Shown piece after piece: positions 59,244-64,000 of a DNA stretch of 64,000 nt. The position numbers were made by a program, and so were the translations under genes. The stretch spans positions 1,054,001-1,118,000 of the forward strand of contig NIVC01000032.1 of NCBI GenBank assembly GCA_002269645.1, written 5' to 3'. The DNA comes from Macrostomum lignano. Lineage: Eukaryota. The notes below the pieces were generated by a model that saw only the letters and a list, made by a program, of their open reading frames with translations, was not told the DNA's origin and made no database searches. The first letter of the stretch is position 1, and the number at the start of each line of letters is the position of its first letter.

Positions 59244-61469
59244 AACCCCTTGGTACTCCCCCGGAGTACGTCGAGCACGCCCTGCGCAGGTTTTTCCCAG
59301 CTGGCCGAACCAATCCGGCTCACGTCGGCCAGCAGCTTCTCTGCGCCGGAGACATTGAAAGCAACCCGGGATCAGATCCGGCCCGGGAATTTCCATGCGG
59401 TGGCTGCCAATCCAACGTTGACGGTGGCTATTCATCTCTCTGCCGTGGCTGCCACAGCTGGTGGCACGCCAAGTGGAGCGGCCTTAGCATCAAGGAGCTG
59501 AACGCCCTGCACGGCTCCCGGCCCCCTGGCACTGTAGCGACTGCCAGGCCTGCCAGACGCCGCCGACACCGCCGCCGAAGCATACGCCGAGCCCGCCGAG
59601 TCCACCACCGCCTCCGCCGCCCTCGCCAGCTCCTCCGGACCCACCGGCGACCCGTCCTAACGGGGACCGACGCTCCAGTTTCCGCATCATACAAATCAAC
59701 GTCGCTGGGCTCCGCAGCCGCCGCCCTGAGCTCCTGAACTTCCTTGGCAAATGGAAGGCTGACATCGCCTGCATCCAAGAGACGAACCTGGGAGCCAAAA
59801 GCAACATCCCGCGCCTGCCTGGCTGGCAACTCGCTGCCAAAAAGGACAGAGCCATAAACCGCGCGGGGGACGCGGCAAACTCCCATCACGGAGGAGTCTG
59901 CTTCCTTATCAAAGAGGGCATCGACTACGCCGAGCTTGCTCTTAACCCAATCAACGCGGCCACCTCTGCTGCAGAAGCCTCCGCCATCACCGTCCACGAC
60001 CAACGCATTGGCTGTCCTGTCAACATCATCAACTTGTACATCCCCCCTGTCAGAGCGGGAGACAACCGGCCAAACGGCTTCGACCTGGATTGGCTCCCGA
60101 GTGGACGGGACACCATCATCCTGGGCGACATCAACGCACACCATGGGATGTGGGACGCCAGATGCGACTCCGAAGACGCCCTTGGCGATGAACTCGAAAG
60201 CTGAGCCACCAGCAACGACTACGTCGCTCTCAACGACGGCTCGCCCACCCGCATCAGCTCAAGAGGAGTGCCCAGCGCCCCTGACATCTCCTTCGCCCCG
60301 GCAGGCTGGCAGGATCGCATCGAGTGGCAGACGGGCCCGCATATCGGCTCCGACCACCTCCCGATTGTGATCGACATCGCCTCTACAGCACGCCGTCCAA
60401 TCCGCACCAAACGTATGACGCGCTTTGCCTACCAGAAAGCCAACTGGGACCTCTTCCGGCACACCATCGACGCCGAACTGCAACACTGGGAAACCGCCCC
60501 CCACGCACCGCCTCCGGACCAGCGGCCAAGCTCGCCAACACCATCCTCCGCGCGGCAAACAAGGCAATCCCCAAAGAGCCCGACGCGCCCCATCACCTGG
60601 TGGTGCCTTAAAGCCGAAAACGCCTGCGCTGCCCGTCGCATAGCTCTGGAGAACCTCAGGGCGAACCCGAATAACGACGAACTCGCTGCAGCCTTCCAGG
60701 CCGCCACAGCCTTCCAGGCCGCCACAGCCTTCCAGGCCGCCGCAGCCACCGCCGCTGAGGCCATCCGCAAAGCTAAAGAATCCCTGTGGCAAAAGTCATC
60801 AGCGACCACCAAGCTGAACTGAAGTCGGCAGTCCTTGCTCCGAAGCCTCCAAGCCGGATTCTTGCCGCGCCTTTCACCATGCTGCCGGGATATCTGGTCA
60901 ATGCTCTGCAAAACCCCGCCGGACCACCACGTTACGATCCAGTGGATCCCCGGCCATTGCGACCTCCGACTAAACGACTGGGCGGACGCCACCGCGCGCG
61001 ACGCGGAGCGGCTGCCACAGGCGGACGCCTCGCTGGACTTCCGCAGCGCCCGCTCGGCTATCGCTGCTTCGACAACGACAGACTTCGGCCAAACCTACGC
61101 CAACGACGACCACTGCGCGACCCACAGGACGGCGACAGGCGGGAGGCGACCCGGACGCTTACCCTCAGCCTTCGGGCGTAAAGCCCAAGTGACTCTGGCC
61201 CAGCTCAGGACTGGCCACTGCCCCCGCCTCCGCAAATGCCGCCACCGCATTGGCTTGGAGCCCTCCACCACATGCACAGCTTGCGGTGCCGCAGAGGAAG
61301 ACCTCAGACCCCTGATTCTTGACTGCCGGGCCCACGCCGACGCCCAGGTGGAGGTCTTTGGATCACACCTAGCGCTGTCCACAATCTCCGACGATGGACC
61401 CCGCGTGCTCGACTACCTTCGGAGGATAGGGGCGCCCCCGGACTAGTCTGGCCGGGAATCACCACCACC
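59146..61469 (+). mobile_element. Internally deleted Ingi-like LINE (2A-like peptide, PHD finger, APE, RNase H C-terminus, zinc finger; RT missing)
   Basis: 13-bp TSD ACTGGGTAAAGTT at 59133-59145 and 61470-61482; (ACC)n tail; GDIESNPGS, C..C...C..C..WWH, IACIQET, GDINAHH, SDHLPI, QWIPGHC...NDWAD, LAQLRTGHC, C..C. Confidence 0.85.
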
Positions 61470-61739
61470 ACTGGGTAAAGTTTGTGCTTCAATAATCGAT
61501 CAGGATGCCCTTTTGGACCTGGAAACGACAACAAACTTTGAACAATCAAATTTGAAGCAACGAATAAAAACCATAAGCATGTTTTAAATGTTATCAAATT
61601 GTAAAGGTTTTGCATGAAATGATTCTGTTGTTTTTGCAATGGTCGTTATGACAATTAACACCTTATCTCAAATTTTTATTTATTCTGTGATCTCCTTTAA
61701 ACAAATGAATAAACTCAGAGATTTCAGCTTGAGTTATTT

Positions 61740-62333
61740 GCACTTTTCTTATCGTCAGCACCGCGATTCTCCTCACCACTATATCCCCTCCTCAGCCGAT
61801 GTCGCAGTTATCGGAGATACAACCCGCAGAACAAGCAGCGGTGATACATTAAAACTGACTGGTTGCGAGGAACGTCCACCGGCAGGCAGCGCGCTGTGTA
61901 CAAGTGGTAGGATCGGTTCAAGGGCGGCTGCACTTCGACCCTGGATGAGCCGAGATCTGGGGAGACCCTGAGAATTGCGGACTGAGAGCGAAATTGAGCT
62001 CATCTGTGGTCTGCTGGAAATCGATTCACGATGGACCTCGGAAGAAATGACAGGACTTAGTGGAATTCTTTCATCCAGCATTCACCAAATTCTCACAGAG
62101 AACTTGGGGTCGCCGGTATAAACGAGCTCTTCAACGAGATCGTCCGACTTCTGAAACACCTGAGTGATTCGGGTGCAGACGGCGTTCAGAAGTTGGCCGA
62201 GCGGTAGGAACGAGCCATCGCATTCATTGGATCCTATTTTGAATCCCTGTGAAAAATAAACTGTTTGTTGTGATATCAGTCCAAACTGCAACACGATTTC
62301 ACGAACTTTTGTTGTGGCCATCGAAGCCCTCGA
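61740..62333 (+). mobile_element. Internally deleted mariner-like transposon remnant
   Basis: VYKW*DRFKGG..TLDEPRSGRP...IHQILTENLG (N-terminal region) joined to GVQKLAER*ERAI...GSYFE (C-terminus); degenerate GCCCTCGAA end. Confidence 0.75.
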
Positions 62334-64000
62334 AACAGCTAGAGGTTGCTGCACGGACTTCGTTAGTACCGACTGCTTGGAAGCACAAAGGATTTGGTTT
62401 TTTGTCGAGACCAGAGTTCCGTATATTCCGTATATTCAGCTTGCTTTTGTTTCGACACGTTTTGAAAAAGCAAAATAGCTTTTTCAAGCCAGCTATTCGT
62501 GCTATCTTCGGTCTATTGTCTATTGAAGAGGTTATTTTTCGGTGACACCCGTGCGTCGCATTTTAGTCACAGAAAGCATAGATTAGTCAAAAACAGAATT
62601 GCATTGTGCATCATGGATGTCTTACACTGCATGGTAGTCCTGGACGAGAAATTGGCTCGAAAGAAGCATTTCTTATTCGGCGATTTTAGACTTCAGTGAA
62701 ATTTATGCATTTGCTTACAACAACTATGAACAGCATATTTTCTACATGTAGTTTGGTCTGTCCGTTGACTAACGTTTGTACTAACTACGTACAATTGCAT
62801 ATTCCTGTGCCTAAACACCAGTAAAATTCTTAGCTGACTGTGTTAAAATATTTGTACCAGATATGATAAAATAGATTCATAAAAAACAGAGTCGAGCTGT
62901 GTCATGCATTTTTATGATTTTAGGTACAGGTAATGTACGTAACAAAAATTGACATAAAATTCTAATTTTCTAAACAAAAAGCTTTATAGAGCTATAAGAC
63001 AGGCACAAAATATCAAAATATGGACACTGGGTCTGCATCCTATCGAAAGCAATTTTAGTGTTGCCAAGTTTAGTGTTGAAAAAATGAAAAATTTCTATCT
63101 CCGTAAGTCTATTTTCGGCGAAACCAGCCTCATAAACATTTTCTAAGAAAAGTTTTGGTTTCCCGTCCTTCATCTTGAGTAGTCTTTGGCACGGACCATA
63201 GAGAAAGAGATAAAAGTTGTGGTAAATTGTTTCAATAACTTTGTAATAGACAATGATTAAATTTATTACATTCGCGGCGTTGCCATCGGCAATTTAATCC
63301 CCGGCATGGCCCAGCCAATAGTCTATGGCCGTCATTTAACTGGGCGGGCCAAGAAACAAGTAATTTCTTAGACCGGGCCATTAAACGGCCTTTGGAAAAT
63401 TTCAAATTAAGGATAAGTATAACTTAATATATATTGGTTTATTATCGAATAACGCAAATCATACTGAACTGTTTTTAATAAACATGGCAAAACAACAAGA
63501 CCTCAACAGCTGGCAGATATACTCGTACCTCACAAGAATTGTTGCATGAAACTCTCAACAAGTCTACACGATATTCATTAGTCGAAATAGATCACTATCT
63601 TGTTGTTGACTCCGTCAGCTTCTATTCTCATTCTCTTGCTTTTCGGTTCCGGAACAGAAATTCCAAACTTCTCTAGCGCGACGACAGCCGTTTCCTTGGC
63701 GTCAGGAGCCACCGGAGGCATCTCTGGACCGTCAGCAACCAGAGGCACAGCCAGAGCCGTTACGCGGTGTATCATTCACCTTCGTGGGTTCTCACTTCAA
63801 ATACAAAAAAACTTGAGCAGGTAGTTCAGAACGCCTTTGCTCATTTCTTCGCAACTCTTAATCACCATCAAGGCAGTTGAGGCTTCGCCTTGGCCAAGAA
63901 ACGTTTTTGGGGGGCGCGAGCTCGTATTATCTTATGCTTCAAGTACATTGTCTCATAAAGTTTTTTAGTAGCTTTAAAGAATTAATGATTTCGAAGCGTT

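Noticed and set aside
63560-63900. Minus-strand fragmentary ORF near the window end
   Set aside because: Interrupted by stops, no identifiable motif, and runs to the edge.

Overview
Eukaryotic (animal) genomic DNA with GT-AG introns and the standard code; the intron-filling minisatellites and TE landscape resemble a free-living flatworm such as Macrostomum (inference, not proven). 1-22 kb, all minus strand: (i) a 5-exon chromodomain + ankyrin + C-terminal beta-domain gene that matches MPP8/MPHOSPH8 (HUSH complex) end to end; (ii) a 6-exon DHTKD1 gene; (iii) a 3.3-kb Q-rich low-complexity exon. Every intron of the first two genes is filled by a repeat (a tandem array, or a SINE in one case). 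23-31 kb: non-autonomous DNA elements with recognisable ends (Helitron, two hAT, a Mutator-like MITE, a mariner fold-back). 32.8-64 kb: a nest of non-LTR retrotransposons. Two full-length LOA/R1-group elements with TSDs sit inside the RT genes of an RTE and a Vingi-like LINE, and an internally deleted Ingi-like LINE carries a 2A-like peptide. Also present are a C-type lectin gene with a decayed duplicate, a secreted orphan protein gene, a solo LTR and MITEs. Top observations: an HDV-like ribozyme fold starting exactly at the 5' end of both LOA copies, a second HDV-like fold plus 2A motif in the Ingi-like element, an invertebrate MPP8 orthologue, and an intronic array made of about 20 tandem 3' splice-site mimics.
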